Below, piece by piece: positions 28,942 to 39,572 of a stretch of DNA of 64,000 nt. This DNA comes from Arenicellales bacterium (lineage in GTDB: Bacteria; Pseudomonadota; Gammaproteobacteria; Arenicellales; JAJDZL01): contig OZ244730.1 of assembly GCA_965219265.1 (NCBI GenBank), positions 2,551,120 to 2,615,119 of the forward strand, given 5' to 3'. Below the pieces are notes generated by a model. The model made no database searches. It saw only the letters and a list, made by a program, of their open reading frames with translations, and was not told the origin of the DNA. Numbering within the stretch: the stretch's first letter is position 1; each line of letters opens with the position of its first letter. Position numbers and translations under genes: made by a program.

Positions 28942-29952
28942 TTGAAGGATTCAATTAATCCAATTTTAGTCGAAGTCATTCGCGGCGATATGGTTGAAAG
29001 CTTCCATCGAGGCGCTGCCATCGTGGTGAATGAGCAAGGCGAAACAGTCGCAGCATTCGGTGATGTAAATCGTCCTATTTATCCGAGATCAGCAATCAAA
29101 CCCCTGCAGGCGATCGTGCTAGCAGAGTCCGGTGCTTTGGAGCGCTATAAACTCGGAAACGAGCAAATTGCACTTGCCTGCGCTTCGCATCCTGGCGAGT
29201 CTAGACATGTAAATGGAGTGCGCAGGTGGTTGGAGAAAATTGGATTGGATGAAACCGCGCTTGAGTGCGGTGTGCAACATCCCTCTCATCACCACACCCG
29301 AATTGAAATGATTCGCGAAGGAATTGAAGCGAATTCTCTACACAACAACTGCTCTGGAAAACATGCAGGATTCATTACTGTTGCCAAGCACAACGATGTA
29401 CCGATAAAAGGCTATGTCAAGCGTTCGCATCCAGTCCAGCAAAGCGTCCTGAAGGTGCTTCAGGAACTGACTGAGGAACCGTTGCAAGCGCGACCATTCG
29501 GCACGGATGGCTGTGGAATTCCCGTAGTTGGCATCTCTTTACACGGCATTGCATCGGCTTTCAGGAAACTCGCCTCCGGTAATTTCGACTCCATTGCCCG
29601 TCAGAACTCGGCTCACCGAATTTGTTCGGCAATGGCGGAATTTCCAGAACTTGTCGGCGGCGAAAATCGTTTCTGCACTGCGGTTCCCTTAGCCACCCAC
29701 GGCAGAGTGCTGATCAAAGTGGGAGCAGAAGGCATGTACGCGGGGATGACTGTCGACTCGAATCCACTCGGTTTTGCATTGAAGATCGACGACGGTTCGA
29801 GACGTGCAGCCGAGATCGCAATGGGTTGGTTAATTTCAAAATTCTGCGATTTGGATACAGAAATAACTGCTGAATTGAAACCATGGTTACAGCCGGAAGT
29901 GAAAACTGTCGCAAATATATCAGCAGGAGTTATCCGGCCTTCCATACAATAG
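28942..29952 (+). CDS. L-asparaginase II family (Rhizobium AnsA type)
   Basis: RGDMVESFH, RSAIKPLQA, CASH, NNCSGKH, DGCG and KIDDG. Confidence 0.9.
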   Translation: MKDSINPILVEVIRGDMVESFHRGAAIVVNEQGETVAAFGDVNRPIYPRSAIKPLQAIVLAESGALERYKLGNEQIALACASHPGESRHVNGVRRWLEKIGLDETALECGVQHPSHHHTRIEMIREGIEANSLHNNCSGKHAGFITVAKHNDVPIKGYVKRSHPVQQSVLKVLQELTEEPLQARPFGTDGCGIPVVGISLHGIASAFRKLASGNFDSIARQNSAHRICSAMAEFPELVGGENRFCTAVPLATHGRVLIKVGAEGMYAGMTVDSNPLGFALKIDDGSRRAAEIAMGWLISKFCDLDTEITAELKPWLQPEVKTVANISAGVIRPSIQ

Positions 29953-29991
29953 CACTAGGACAGGTCACAAATTTTTAGGAGAATCGGCAAC

Positions 29992-30966
29992 ATGTACGAA
30001 TACGAAGCCTTTAATGATCCGATACAGCGTCCTCGCTATACCGGAATACCCACATTTATGCGCGCACCGCATTCGGAAAGCTGGGACGATGTCGATCTAG
30101 GTCTGGTGGGAGTTCCTTTTGATGGCGGCGTTACCAATCGTACCGGCGCCAGACACGGCCCCCGAGAAATCAGAAACCAGTCGAGTCTGATGAGACGCAA
30201 GAATCAGTCGTCTGGAATCTGCCCTTACGATATTTGCAACATCGCAGACTTGGGAGACGCCTGGATTCAGAAGCCGTTTCACCTTGAAGAAAGTCTGGAC
30301 GAAATCGAATACTATTTCAGTCAGATTCACAAACGCGGCATTGTACCTGTTTCTGCGGGCGGTGATCACTCGGTCACCCTTCCGATCTATCGTGCAATTG
30401 CGTGTGAACACCCGGTCGGCATGGTACATTTCGACGCCCACTGCGATACCGGCGATGACTATCTCGGCTCTAAGTTTCATCACGGTGCCCCTTTCAGAAG
30501 AGCGGTAGAGGAAGGATTGCTGGATCCAAAGCGAACCGTTCAGATCGGTATCCGCGGCAGTCTGAACGATCTGGATATCTGGAAATTCAGTCACGATACC
30601 GGCATGCGAGTGGTTTACATGGAAGAGTTTGCAGAGAGGGGTTGGAAGTCGATCATGGAGGAAGCACGAGAGATCGTCGGCGACGGCCCGACTTATATCA
30701 GTTTCGATGTAGACGGGCTGGATCCGGTCTATGCTCCAGGCACCGGAACACCGGAAGTCGGCGGGTTTACCACTCTTGAAGCGCAGATGATGATTCGGTC
30801 TCTTCAGGGGCTGAATCTTATAGGCGGCGATGTCGTCGAAGTAGCTCCACCGTTTGATCCTTCCGGTAATACCGCCTTGGTAGGAGCAACGATGATGTTC
30901 GAGATTCTATGTGTCGTAGCTGATTCAGTCGGTCAACGATTCAAACTTGAAGAGTTGAAAATCTGA
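29992..30966 (+). CDS. Ureohydrolase (agmatinase/guanidino-acid hydrolase family)
   Basis: GARHGPREIR, GGDHS, DAHCD and SFDVDGLDPVYAPGTGTPE. Confidence 0.9.
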   Translation: MYEYEAFNDPIQRPRYTGIPTFMRAPHSESWDDVDLGLVGVPFDGGVTNRTGARHGPREIRNQSSLMRRKNQSSGICPYDICNIADLGDAWIQKPFHLEESLDEIEYYFSQIHKRGIVPVSAGGDHSVTLPIYRAIACEHPVGMVHFDAHCDTGDDYLGSKFHHGAPFRRAVEEGLLDPKRTVQIGIRGSLNDLDIWKFSHDTGMRVVYMEEFAERGWKSIMEEAREIVGDGPTYISFDVDGLDPVYAPGTGTPEVGGFTTLEAQMMIRSLQGLNLIGGDVVEVAPPFDPSGNTALVGATMMFEILCVVADSVGQRFKLEELKI

Positions 30967-31026
30967 CTATTTGATCCTTGCGAATTGAATTGCCTGACCG
31001 CGAGTTGAGAGCGATGTCTGCTGAAT

Positions 31027-32040
31027 TCAGCGAGAGAAAAAACTTTTGATTCCATCTACCAGCAGTGACGAAGCCGCTCGGTCGACATCAAGATGGGTCA
31101 CCAGGCGCATCGGTGAGCCAGGAGTGACAATGATTCCTCTACCACGAAGAAACTGAGCCAGTTCACCGACCTGCTTGCGATCTGCCGATACGAAAACCAT
31201 GTTGGTTTGATTCTCGTGAAACTCAACGTCAATCTCATCAATCGAAGACAACTGTTCTGCAATCCACTTAGCGTTGTGGTGATCTTCTGCCAATCTTGCT
31301 ACGTGATTTTCGACTGCGAACAAAGCTGCCGCGGCAACCACTCCGCTCTGACGCATTCCGCCCCCAACTAGTCTTCTCCAACGTCGAGCGTCACGAATGG
31401 TTTCACGGTCACCACATAAAATCGAGCCAACGGGTGCACCCAGTCCCTTTGAAAAACAGCATGACACCGTGTCAAACCGTTCGGTAATATCAACAACGTC
31501 AACTCCGTGGAATGCAGCCGCGTTGAAGACGCGTGCGCCGTCAAGATGAAACGCCAGACCGTTTGATTTCACAAATTGAGCAGCATCATCAAGATACTTC
31601 ATCGGCAGTGCTTTGCCAGCAATTGTGTTTTCCAGGCAGAAAAGACGGGTGTTGGCAAAATGATCATCATCGGGTTTGATAAAATCCCGTGCTACATCCA
31701 AGTCTATTGTTCCGTTTTCTTCGAAATCCAAAGGCTGAGGCTGTATGCCGCCTAACACAGCACCGCCACCACCTTCATATTTGTAGGTGTGAGCGACCTG
31801 ACCCACTATATACTCATCTCCTCGGCTGCAGTGCGACAGCAGAGCTAGTAAATTCGCCTGCGTACCGCTGGTAACGAATAGCCCAGCTTCCATTCCAAAC
31901 TTTTCCGCCATGACGTCCTGCAATCGATTGACTGTCGGGTCTTCTCCATAGACGTCATCGCCAACTTCCGCTTGCTGCATCGCAGCGCGCATGGCATCCG
32001 TCGGCTTGGTTACGGTATCGCTGCGAAAATCAAAAGTCAC
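31027..32040 (-). CDS. ltaE: Low-specificity L-threonine aldolase
   Basis: DFRSDTVTKP, GDDVYGEDP, HLDGAR and FSKGLGAPVGS; probable GTG start at 32040. Confidence 0.93.
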   Translation of the reverse strand: MTFDFRSDTVTKPTDAMRAAMQQAEVGDDVYGEDPTVNRLQDVMAEKFGMEAGLFVTSGTQANLLALLSHCSRGDEYIVGQVAHTYKYEGGGGAVLGGIQPQPLDFEENGTIDLDVARDFIKPDDDHFANTRLFCLENTIAGKALPMKYLDDAAQFVKSNGLAFHLDGARVFNAAAFHGVDVVDITERFDTVSCCFSKGLGAPVGSILCGDRETIRDARRWRRLVGGGMRQSGVVAAAALFAVENHVARLAEDHHNAKWIAEQLSSIDEIDVEFHENQTNMVFVSADRKQVGELAQFLRGRGIIVTPGSPMRLVTHLDVDRAASSLLVDGIKSFFSR

Positions 32041-32353
32041 TCTGTTACCCCACTCATTTAGAAATTGAACACCATTCTCAGCAATTGAAAAATGTATCGC
32101 AGTAAATATACCCAACTTGACTGATATGAAAGCCTGCAAATGCAGGTTGATCAAAACAAATCCGAAATTTCTTTCCGAATTTTCCGGCCAACAGAATCCA
32201 CAGCGACATTTTGCACCCTCTCATGCATCAACAGAATTAGCGTACACCGGAGTCTAATCCTGTCTAATCCATTCACTATTCCGACCGCATCCAACTGAGT
32301 CTATAATTTTTCTTTCAATACGTTTTTTGGTGTAGCGAAAAAATTGTGGTATT

Positions 32354-32363
32354 TTGTATACAA
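32354..32363. promoter_or_regulatory. GntR-like operator palindrome upstream of tctC
   Basis: Perfect TTGTATACAA, 65 bp before the ATG, in AT-rich DNA. Confidence 0.5.
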
Positions 32364-32428
32364 TTTTGATGTTCCTATAAAAATGCTATATTAGAGTTTC
32401 ATCTAATTTTTAAAATGGAGAAAGTGAT

Positions 32429-33418
32429 ATGACTCAAATCAAAAAGTCAATTTTGGCGGCCTTTAGCATGCTGGCACTGGTGCTTCTATCAGTCACGCAG
32501 GTTCAAGTTGCAGTCGCTGAATTTGATCCGAAAAAGCCGGTTGACTTTGTCATCATGGCTGGCAAAGGCGGTGGTGCCGACAAAATGGCTCGATTGATGC
32601 AATCCATTATCGAGAAACATAGTTTGTCTAGCAAGCCCTTGGTGCCGATCAACAAACCCGGCGGTTCTGGAGCGGAAGCTCTGGTTCACATGAATAATAC
32701 CTCGGGCGCGGCAAAGGACCACACCGTGATGGTTACCTTGAACAGCTTCTACACAACGCCTCTGCGTCAACCGAACCTAGGAATTGATATCTCGACGTTC
32801 ACTCCAATTGGAAGAATGGCGGAAGATACATTTCTGCTGTGGGTCAACATAGACAGCGGCATCACCAATGTAGACGAGTTTGTGACGGCAGCCAAGGCAG
32901 CTGGTGAAGACTGGATTATGGCCGGCACCGGTAAAGGGCAGGAAGATCAGTTAATTACTGACTTCTTGAACCGAACCTATGGTCTCAGTATGACCTACGT
33001 TCCATTCAAGGGCGGCGGCCGTGTTGCCAAAGAACTTGCAGGTAACAATGCGAATTCCACCGTGAACAATCCGTCTGAGCAGCTGGGTTTCTATGAAGCT
33101 GGCAACACAGTACCGCTTGGCGCTTTCACAGACAATAGATTGGAAGTGTTTCCGGACGCGCCGACATTCGGCGAACTTGGCAACGAATTCGTCTATTACA
33201 TGCAAAGAAGCGTAGTTGGACCTCCCGGAATGTCTGCTGAAGCTGCAGCCTACTACCAGGAACTGTTCCAAAATGTGTTTCAGACCGAAGAATGGCAGGA
33301 ATACAGAAGCAAGAAAAGCCTGTATGGCGATTTCTTGAGCGGCGCTGCATTGATGGAGTACTGGATGGTAGAGCGTGACATTCACGAAGTAATGCTGAAA
33401 CAGATCGGAGAGATTTAA
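32429..33418 (+). CDS. tctC: Tripartite tricarboxylate transporter substrate-binding protein
   Basis: Signal peptide, AGKGGGAD, NKPGGSG and YVPFKGGG; RBS GGAG. Confidence 0.88.
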   Translation: MTQIKKSILAAFSMLALVLLSVTQVQVAVAEFDPKKPVDFVIMAGKGGGADKMARLMQSIIEKHSLSSKPLVPINKPGGSGAEALVHMNNTSGAAKDHTVMVTLNSFYTTPLRQPNLGIDISTFTPIGRMAEDTFLLWVNIDSGITNVDEFVTAAKAAGEDWIMAGTGKGQEDQLITDFLNRTYGLSMTYVPFKGGGRVAKELAGNNANSTVNNPSEQLGFYEAGNTVPLGAFTDNRLEVFPDAPTFGELGNEFVYYMQRSVVGPPGMSAEAAAYYQELFQNVFQTEEWQEYRSKKSLYGDFLSGAALMEYWMVERDIHEVMLKQIGEI

Positions 33419-33451
33419 ATCCGACTAGTCTAAGTCGGTCCGGTAGTACGA

Positions 33452-33946
33452 ATGCGTAAAGCTGAATTGGTAATGGCCGTAGTTATGGCCATTGCTTCTG
33501 TCGGATTGATGTGGAAGAGTGCTGAACTCCCCATCGGCTGGATCCCTCGAGAGGGTCCAGGCGGTGGGGCTTTTCCATTCTGGCTTTCCGCTGGAATGTT
33601 AGTGTGTTGTATTTGGATAATTGTTCGCTGGTTCCGCGGTTACTTTGATACACACGGCGATACCCCCTACATGGACCGCGAAACGCTCGTGATTTTTTTG
33701 ACCGGTGCAGTTTCCCTTACGATCATGGTTGGATCAATCTATCTCGTTGGTGTCTATGGTGCAATACCACTCCTTCTGATCTTCTATATGAAATTTATCG
33801 GTCGCCATCCATGGCCGTTGACCATTACGCTAGCAGTACTGTTTCCTGTTGTGACATTTTTCTTTTTTGAGATCGCACTCACCATAACGTTGCCAAAAGG
33901 GTTAACCGAACCTCTTTTCTATCCGTTGTACGATATTTTCCTGTAG
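33452..33946 (+). CDS. tctB: Tripartite tricarboxylate transporter small subunit
   Basis: About 4 TM segments, GPGGGAFPF and LPKG; lies between tctC and tctA. Confidence 0.85.
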   Translation: MRKAELVMAVVMAIASVGLMWKSAELPIGWIPREGPGGGAFPFWLSAGMLVCCIWIIVRWFRGYFDTHGDTPYMDRETLVIFLTGAVSLTIMVGSIYLVGVYGAIPLLLIFYMKFIGRHPWPLTITLAVLFPVVTFFFFEIALTITLPKGLTEPLFYPLYDIFL

Positions 33947-33949
33947 AAA

Positions 33950-35461
33950 GTGGAAATTCTCAATCTTCTGTTAGACGGTTTTGCCGTCGCACTAGAGCCT
34001 CTCAATCTGGCGATGATTCTAGCTGGCGTCATCATTGGGCTTTTTATTGGAGCCATGCCAGGACTCGGTTCGGTGAATGGAGTTGCGATTCTGCTGCCGA
34101 TGACGTTTCTGGTTCCCCCAACTTCCGCGGTGATCTTCCTCGGAGCCATCTATTACGGGGCAATGTATGGCGGTGCAATCAGTTCAATCATGCTAGGAAT
34201 ACCGGGTGCCTCCACCGCGGTCGCTACAACCTTCGACGGTCGACCAATGGCCAAGGCAGGGTTCGCTGATCAAGCGTTGATTGCTGCTGCTACAGCATCT
34301 TTCGTCGGTGGAACAATTTCCGTGATTCTTTTTACAATGTTCGCACCGCCACTAGCAGAGGTAGCGCTACGATTTGGTGCACCGGAAGAATTTGCACTGA
34401 TGCTGCTTGCATTCGCAACGTTCATCGGACTTGGCGGTGATGACATCCCAAAGACGTTTTTCTCAATTCTGATTGGACTGGTACTCAGTGCAGTGGGACT
34501 TGATATTGTCAGCGGTGAACCACGGATGATCTTTTTTGATATTCCAGGATTTTTTCACGGTGTGAATTTCCTGGTACTCGCAATCGGAATCTACGGAATC
34601 GGAGAAATTCTCTGGACGCTTGAAACCAACAAAGGTGAAGTAGAGGTATCGACCCTCGAGCTCTCGTTCAAGAAGTTTATCTCCAACATCATTCGATTGA
34701 AGGATTCGATCATAACCATGCTGATGGGATCATTTCTCGGATTTTTCGTCGGTATCCTGCCAGCCGCTGGAGCCACTCCCGGATCGCTGATGGCATACGG
34801 AGTGGCAAAAACGATGGACAAGAATCCGGGAAGCTTCGGCAAAGGCAACGTCAAGGGCGTCGCCGCACCCGAATCTGCGAACAATTCCGCCAGTACCGGT
34901 GCCATGCTGCCGATGCTGACTCTTGGAATTCCAGGCTCACCGACTACAGCAATTCTGCTGGGTGGCATGGTTATTTGGGGACTTGAGCCCGGACCCAGAC
35001 TGTTCATCGACCAGACCGAATTTGTCTGGGGGCTGATCGCCAGTCTGTATGCAGCCAACCTGTTCGCACTTTTAATCAACCTGGCATTCATTCCGGCATT
35101 TATCTGGGTACTCAGAGTACCGTTCACCATCCTCGCACCCACCATCTTCATACTTTGTATCGTGGGTGGTTATGCACCCACTCTCGACATGCACGACGTC
35201 TGGCTCATGCTTCTATTCGGCGTGGTCGGCTATCTGATGAGAAAACTCGACTATCCGATGGCGCCCGCAGTGCTCGCAATTGTTTTGGGGCCACTTGCCG
35301 AGACTTCCATGCGACAGTCACTGATTATCGGGCATGGTTCGCCAGCGATTTTCTTTGAACGACCCATTGCCGCAGGGATCATGATCTGTGCGATAATTCT
35401 CCTACTGCTGCCGTTGGTAAAAGTCTTTACAAGAATAAGAAAAAAAGCCGTTCGATCCTAA
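33950..35461 (+). CDS. tctA: Tripartite tricarboxylate transporter large subunit
   Basis: GAMPGLG, YYGAMYGG, APESANNS and LTLGIPGS. Confidence 0.93.
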   Translation: MEILNLLLDGFAVALEPLNLAMILAGVIIGLFIGAMPGLGSVNGVAILLPMTFLVPPTSAVIFLGAIYYGAMYGGAISSIMLGIPGASTAVATTFDGRPMAKAGFADQALIAAATASFVGGTISVILFTMFAPPLAEVALRFGAPEEFALMLLAFATFIGLGGDDIPKTFFSILIGLVLSAVGLDIVSGEPRMIFFDIPGFFHGVNFLVLAIGIYGIGEILWTLETNKGEVEVSTLELSFKKFISNIIRLKDSIITMLMGSFLGFFVGILPAAGATPGSLMAYGVAKTMDKNPGSFGKGNVKGVAAPESANNSASTGAMLPMLTLGIPGSPTTAILLGGMVIWGLEPGPRLFIDQTEFVWGLIASLYAANLFALLINLAFIPAFIWVLRVPFTILAPTIFILCIVGGYAPTLDMHDVWLMLLFGVVGYLMRKLDYPMAPAVLAIVLGPLAETSMRQSLIIGHGSPAIFFERPIAAGIMICAIILLLLPLVKVFTRIRKKAVRS

Positions 35462-35494
35462 TTCTCACAACTAGACTTGGAGGTCTGAATACCC

Positions 35495-37501
35495 GTGAAT
35501 TCAGAAGCAGACGGGCAGCCTCGCTTTAAACATCTTTTCAGTCCGCTCACCCTAGGGCACAAGACGCTCAAGCATCGACTGAATTTTGGCGCCCATACTG
35601 CCAACATGGCAGTTGACGGACTCCCAGTGGAACGTCACCATGGCTATTACTTGGAAAGAGCGATTGGGGGAGCAGCCATGATTGTGGTAGAACCCGTTCC
35701 AGTTCATCGTACAGCTGTCCTGACTCGCGGAAATTTTCGTCAGGGAGACGACAGCATAATTCCGCACTTTCGCAAAATCACAGACAGCTGCCACGAGTAT
35801 GAAACCGTGATGATCCAGCAACTGTACCATGTTGGAGCGCACGGAGACTGGGATAACTCTTTCGCACCGAACTGGTCGCCGTCCGGTATGCCTTCCATGC
35901 ATGACCACGACGGCAGCGTCGCAATAACGCACAATCAAATTGCCGAGGTAATCGACTCGTTCGCGCGGGCAGCTGCTCGCGCACAACAAGCAGGATTCGA
36001 CGGATGCGAACTGATGGCTGCCTACAACGCAATAATTGAGCAGTTCTGGTCGCCCTTTACAAATCGGAGAAACGATTCTTATGGCAGTTCATTCGAGAAA
36101 AGAATGAGGTTTTCGGTAGACTTGCTTGCAGCAATCCGCGAAGCAGTCGGGCCTGATTTCATTATCGGCGTCTGCACTAGCTATGACCCTGTCGAGTCTG
36201 ACGTGCTACCACTTGATGCCATGCAGGAAATTGTTCGTTACCACGACGAACGCGGTCTCTTTGACTATGTAACCATAGGTACCGGAGGGTATTACAACCA
36301 CACAATGATCATACCGAATGCATTGCACGAAGATCAACTGGGTGTTCCCTTTGCTGCAAAAATCCGCGAGGCGGTTACCTATTCAAAAGTTCAGGCTGAA
36401 AGTCACATACGGACTCCGGAGACCGCAGATTACGTTATCGGCTCTGGAAGTGCAGACATGGTCAGCATTGTCAGAGGGCAAATCGCAGACCCTCATCTGG
36501 CAAACAAAGCTATGCAGGGCCGTGCTGATGACATCAGACCTTGTCTGTCCTGCAATCAAATGTGCTGGGGGCGTAGATACAAGGATTACTGGATCAGCTG
36601 CCTGATCAATCCATCAGCCGGACGTGAGTTCGAGTGGGGCGGAGATCGATTCACAAAAGCAAAAGTCAGCCGAAAAATACTGGTTGTCGGTGGCGGTCCT
36701 GCAGGTTGCGAAGCGGCTCGGGTTGCGGCAGAACGCGGACATGATGTCACTTTGGTTGAGGCTTCCGGAGAGCTTGGGGGGCAGTTTCGACTAGCCGGAC
36801 AGCAACCGAGAAGAGGACAAATTCTTGACTTTATTGCGTGGTTTGAGAGACAGCTCAATCGAACTGGAGTCGAAGTTCTGTTCAATTCGCCTTTCTTCTC
36901 CGAAGATGTGATTGCGTTCGAGGCGGATGCTGTAGTACTTGCAACGGGATCAATTCCATCAAAAACCGGATATCAGCGTGGCATACCGACTCGCGACACG
37001 CTACCAGGTATCGACTGCGAAAATGTCTGGGACGTAGAGGACGTCATGAACCGCTGTGCAAAATTGGGCAAGTCCGTACTGTTGCTTGATGACGTAGGAA
37101 CCTGGAAAGCTGGGGGCACTGCACTTCAAATGGTTGAAAAGGGACACGAACTCTCAATCGTAACGCCCTACCCGGTTGTCGGGCGGGAAATCACACGAAC
37201 TGGCGCTGACCTCGCGTTGCGGGAACGACTGCGCAAAGCCGGAACCCGATTTTACTGTGAATCAGTGGTAACTGAGTGGAGCGGAAATCAGGCCGGAATT
37301 ATGGACTTGCTGGATGGATCAGTGGTCGAAAAAGAATTCGACAGCCTTGTGCTTGCTACGGTGAATGTACCCGCAAATGAACTTGAAAACGAACTGGCCG
37401 GAGAGCAGTCGTTCGAAATACATGCGATTGGAGATTGTCTGTCGCCCAGACAGACACCGGCTGCAACCTACGAGGGCCGGAAAGTCGGCATGCAACTGTA
37501 A
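35495..37501 (+). CDS. Old-yellow-enzyme FMN/4Fe-4S/FAD oxidoreductase, DgcA/StcD-like
   Basis: QFWSPFTNRRNDSYG, CLSCNQMC-x11-C cluster motif, GGGPAG and IGDC. Confidence 0.85.
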   Translation: MNSEADGQPRFKHLFSPLTLGHKTLKHRLNFGAHTANMAVDGLPVERHHGYYLERAIGGAAMIVVEPVPVHRTAVLTRGNFRQGDDSIIPHFRKITDSCHEYETVMIQQLYHVGAHGDWDNSFAPNWSPSGMPSMHDHDGSVAITHNQIAEVIDSFARAAARAQQAGFDGCELMAAYNAIIEQFWSPFTNRRNDSYGSSFEKRMRFSVDLLAAIREAVGPDFIIGVCTSYDPVESDVLPLDAMQEIVRYHDERGLFDYVTIGTGGYYNHTMIIPNALHEDQLGVPFAAKIREAVTYSKVQAESHIRTPETADYVIGSGSADMVSIVRGQIADPHLANKAMQGRADDIRPCLSCNQMCWGRRYKDYWISCLINPSAGREFEWGGDRFTKAKVSRKILVVGGGPAGCEAARVAAERGHDVTLVEASGELGGQFRLAGQQPRRGQILDFIAWFERQLNRTGVEVLFNSPFFSEDVIAFEADAVVLATGSIPSKTGYQRGIPTRDTLPGIDCENVWDVEDVMNRCAKLGKSVLLLDDVGTWKAGGTALQMVEKGHELSIVTPYPVVGREITRTGADLALRERLRKAGTRFYCESVVTEWSGNQAGIMDLLDGSVVEKEFDSLVLATVNVPANELENELAGEQSFEIHAIGDCLSPRQTPAATYEGRKVGMQL

Positions 37502-37556
37502 TAAACTACGTCGATAGAGCTCGTCTGTAACCGACCAGTATCGGCAGTCGATTTAC

Positions 37557-38099
37557 CTATTCAACTGGAAGTACAAACACCCGTACCGGAATTGTGGTAC
37601 CTGGATAGTTGTTCATTTTATAGGTGAACAGATGTCCATCATATTCGTAGGTGACGTCATAGCCATCCGCTCTGCGCACTTCAACTTCTCTGTTAACTGT
37701 CGCACACTGTATTTCTGTTCCACTAGAACCCTTGTTCTTGGCGTTTTTCTTTTCCATATCGCTGGCAATTGACGCGCCCAGCAATCCGCCAATAATAGCC
37801 CCAGCATCGCTGCTGTCATCAAATTCTTTTCCAATCGCTCCACCGAGAATGGCACCTAGAAGTTCAGGAGTATTCGAAGAAGTCGAACCCGAATTGCTGA
37901 CTTGAACTTCCCGACATTCTTTCGTTGGCCTTACTTCTCGCACAGTAACATATCGCTCCGTGGTTGAAATAACCCGCGCCTCTCCGTTTATGGAGGGCGG
38001 CGAAGCAGCAATCACAACTGCACTTCCTGCAACGACAGTGAGTCCAAATAAAACTGTGGCCAGATAAACTTTACTTTTCATGACTTCGCTCCCGATCAT
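37557..38099 (-). CDS. Glycine-zipper 2TM protein (YcfJ-like)
   Basis: LLGAILGGAIG..AIIGGLLGASIA and GYDVTYEYDG. Confidence 0.8.
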   Translation of the reverse strand: MIGSEVMKSKVYLATVLFGLTVVAGSAVVIAASPPSINGEARVISTTERYVTVREVRPTKECREVQVSNSGSTSSNTPELLGAILGGAIGKEFDDSSDAGAIIGGLLGASIASDMEKKNAKNKGSSGTEIQCATVNREVEVRRADGYDVTYEYDGHLFTYKMNNYPGTTIPVRVFVLPVE

Positions 38100-38287
38100 G
38101 CAAATTTTAAGCGCCTGATTCCTTCACACGTCAAAGTAGATGTCCTTCCCACAGTGCGCAACGGTAATCAATAGCATATTCAATACTCTAAACAATTATA
38201 TGTTCCTTTTGACACTCTTTGAACGGCATTTGTTCCTTATAAATTGCTGAATTCGAGCAGTCATACAGTGACGTTCGACAAAACCTG

Positions 38288-39559
38288 TCATAGCATTTGT
38301 TCCGAAATTGTAACGGCAACCTCACTCGTGATTCTTGGTTCAATTACCCCGGTCTCACCAAAGAAATCTCCACTTGCCGCTTGAGCGGTGCCGGACCGTG
38401 AAATACGGGCAACTATGGAAATTTTATCGAAGGCCGAAATCGTCATATTCGGAACCATCGCCGAGTTGTCATCCAGCTCAATGACAAGCGGCAGGTCTTT
38501 CACTTGCCGTTTGACAACTGCCAGCGGCACGGCCGGGCCCTGCAGCGCCCTGGCAAATATAAACACTGAATCCTGAGGATCAACCTGTTTCAATATGGCC
38601 GGTTCGACAGAAACACTGACGCGTACTGATTGGCCTGCAGCCACTGTTGACACCCCATCACCGGAAGAACTGCTAGTACTGGCAATTTCGGCTTCTGCGC
38701 CTGCTATTAAACGTCTGATTTCAGACCGAACTTCCTCATTTGGACTCAGTGCCTCTGCTCTTTGCCAATAATCCAGTGCACTTTGATAATCTTGCCGAAG
38801 AGCTACAGCAAAGCCTGCTAAAAACAGTGCTCCGAAATGCTGAGGTTCCAATTCCAGTGCGCGATCGATTAACGATTCCGGTTCACCTCGCAACTCTCCA
38901 TTGTTTGCAAACGCAAGTGCATTGGCTTCGCGCACCAGTACATCCGCACTGTCTCCAGCCAGTTCCCGAAATTTTTTTAGGGCGCCAGCTGCCTCTGCAA
39001 ATCTTTCCTGAGCAACGAACAGCCGCGCCAGAGTATCCCAGCCCAGAGCATCATCGGGTTGTTCCGCCAGTCGTCTCATCACTTCCTGTGTTTTTTCTTC
39101 AAACGCCTGTGCCTCGAGATTTGTTTCATTGTCCAGTAGACCGCCGTCCGCTACTTGCGTATTTGTGATTGGCGAATTGGATATGACTGATGGCTGACCG
39201 AGCACAAGATACAGCGCACCAGCGGCAATCGGAATCACCGAAGCAACGGCAATAGCAGTCCATCGGTTGACTTTATCTAGGCTGCTGTGAATCTGAAAAC
39301 TTGCTTCACCATTCGCTTCATCCAGATCAATCAATAGCCCGCGTTCGATCTCTTCCTGCAGAATCTCGGCATCGGCTGATTCTATCTCGCCGACAGCGAT
39401 TCTCTGTCTGAGCTCCTCTAGCCGTTGCCTGGCTACTTCGATATTCTTCTGCTCGCGGGCAACTTCCTGGGAAATCGGCTCTCGCAGGATCACTCGTACA
39501 AGCGACCCCGCGGCAATACACACAAGCACGGTTGCGATCAGAAAGAAAAGTACGCTCAT
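38288..39559 (-). CDS. ccmI: c-type cytochrome biogenesis protein CcmI (TPR)
   Basis: N-terminal TM, LYLVLGQP, TPRs and C-terminal VFIFARA..PLAV..ARISRSG. Confidence 0.88.
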   Translation of the reverse strand: MSVLFFLIATVLVCIAAGSLVRVILREPISQEVAREQKNIEVARQRLEELRQRIAVGEIESADAEILQEEIERGLLIDLDEANGEASFQIHSSLDKVNRWTAIAVASVIPIAAGALYLVLGQPSVISNSPITNTQVADGGLLDNETNLEAQAFEEKTQEVMRRLAEQPDDALGWDTLARLFVAQERFAEAAGALKKFRELAGDSADVLVREANALAFANNGELRGEPESLIDRALELEPQHFGALFLAGFAVALRQDYQSALDYWQRAEALSPNEEVRSEIRRLIAGAEAEIASTSSSSGDGVSTVAAGQSVRVSVSVEPAILKQVDPQDSVFIFARALQGPAVPLAVVKRQVKDLPLVIELDDNSAMVPNMTISAFDKISIVARISRSGTAQAASGDFFGETGVIEPRITSEVAVTISEQML

Positions 39560-39572
39560 ACTGTCCGAATGA

